A stretch of 63,561 nt of DNA, the filler included, from Octopus bimaculoides (Eukaryota): NCBI RefSeq assembly GCF_001194135.2. It is 5 parts of 4 records of this genome, joined end to end, with 100 filler letters (N's around TTAATTAATTAA, not from the genome) between each part and the next. Parts side by side here need not be neighbours in the genome. Positions count along the whole stretch, not along the records: positions 62,438 to 63,561 come from NW_026411175.1; 4 more parts are not named here. The stretch is one strand, 5' to 3'. The notes below the pieces were generated by a model. It had not been told where the DNA came from and ran no database searches. It was given only the letters and a program-made list of their open reading frames with translations. Of the stretch, positions 62,438-63,561 are shown piece after piece (positions within the stretch are counted from its first letter, which is position 1; every line of letters starts with the position of its first letter). Made by a program: the position numbers and the translations under genes.

Positions 62438-63561
62438 CTACCAAATGCACAGCAACATAAAGCACAATTAAAAATTGGCAACTGCGTTATACAAGAAATC
62501 ATACAACTAAAACCCGATCTTAATAAGTTAAATGAAATTATTTACTCTGTTGCTAAGGTAATCGTAAGACGCTGTTTAACACCCAAAAAGCCAACGATAC
62601 CAAATTCGAAAAAAGAAAATCAAACTGGAGGAGTAGAATTGAAACTGAGATTGAATCATTGCGAAGGNNNNNNNNNNNNNNNNGAGATATCAATATTAAC
62701 TGAGCTAATCTCTGGAAATGGTGTAATATCAAGAAAAGGCAGGAAGTTTGTGAGAAAATATGGACTCTCAACAAGAGAAAAACTAATGTCAGCGAATGAA
62801 ACACTAAAACAGAAAGTTCAAGCGAAGGCTCAGAGAATACGCGGATTTGAGAAAAGAATCAAATTCTACAAGCAAAATAAGATGTTCAAATCCAATGCCA
62901 AATCATTTTACAGGGAAATAGGGAAAGAAAAAATAACCATTGAAAATCCACCCCTAATGGAAGCAGTTGAAAACTTTTGGAAAGGGATCTGGAGTGATGA
63001 GAAACCATACAATGAAAATGCAGACTGGATCAAACGCACTCAAGATGCCTACAAAAATCTACAAGAACAGGAATGGGAAGACATCTCAATTACCGACCTA
63101 AGGAGGGCGCTAACGAGGGCGCTAACGAGGGCTCATAAGTGGAAATAGTCTGGTATCGACAGAGTACTAAATTTCTGGCTCTCATCACTCTCGTCCGCAC
63201 ACGAAATGTTAGTAATACTATTTAATAGTATTATGAAAGAGCCGGAAAAAACTCCCCATTGGATGGCAAATGGTATTACTTACCTCCTCCCCAAAAATAA
63301 CGAAACCAAAGACCCAAAAATCTACCGGCCTATAACATGTGTGTCTACTACTTATAAGGTTGTGACATCTATTCTCGTGAAGAAAACATATACCTTTATG
63401 GAAGAGAATAACCTCTTTCCCATTGAACAAAAGGATGCAGACGAAGCCCATACGGATGCAAAGATTAGCTCCTAATTAATCGCATGATCCTTGAGACTGC
63501 CATAACAAGCACAGAAATCTCAACTCTTCATGGATTGATTATAAAAAAGCCTTTGACAGCA
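62438..63561 (+). mobile_element. R4/Dong-like LINE: pre-RT region and RT domains 0-3 (disrupted), continuing past the window
   Basis: FWKGIWS...KWK*SGID.V.NFWL...GITYLLPK...YRPITCVSTTYK...EQKGCRR...WIDYKKAFDS. Confidence 0.85.

Overview
Eukaryotic, AT-rich, gap-riddled scaffold. The SINE/LINE families and microsatellite load point to an octopus (coleoid cephalopod) genome; this is an inference. There is one intact protein-coding gene: a UDP-glycosyltransferase with an uninterrupted 509-aa CDS (12797-14326, minus strand), a splice acceptor 20 nt upstream of the ATG and a downstream AATAAA. Almost all of the rest is decayed or nested mobile DNA: several tRNA-head SINE families, RTE-type 3' ends with a 66-bp internal VNTR, R4/Dong-like RLE LINEs in (TAA)n, a CRE-like RLE LINE, three Penelope-like remnants, a CR1/L2-like piece, mariners, a pogo-like relic, a Buster/Charlie hAT with nested inserts, and several MITE families. 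One MITE family has GGATCT...AGATCC termini, an 8-bp TSD and internal TTAGGG-like repeats. Most ORFs in the supplied track are artefacts of N-runs or microsatellites. TTAATTAATTAA inside 100-bp gaps is an assembly linker. I see no CRISPR, rRNA, intact tRNA or multi-gene novel system. The best leads are the UGT's donor-specificity residues, the telomere-repeat MITE family, the CRE-like insertion stack and one unidentified coding relic at 57.6-58.9 kb. All element assignments are from recalled family motifs; no database searches were run.
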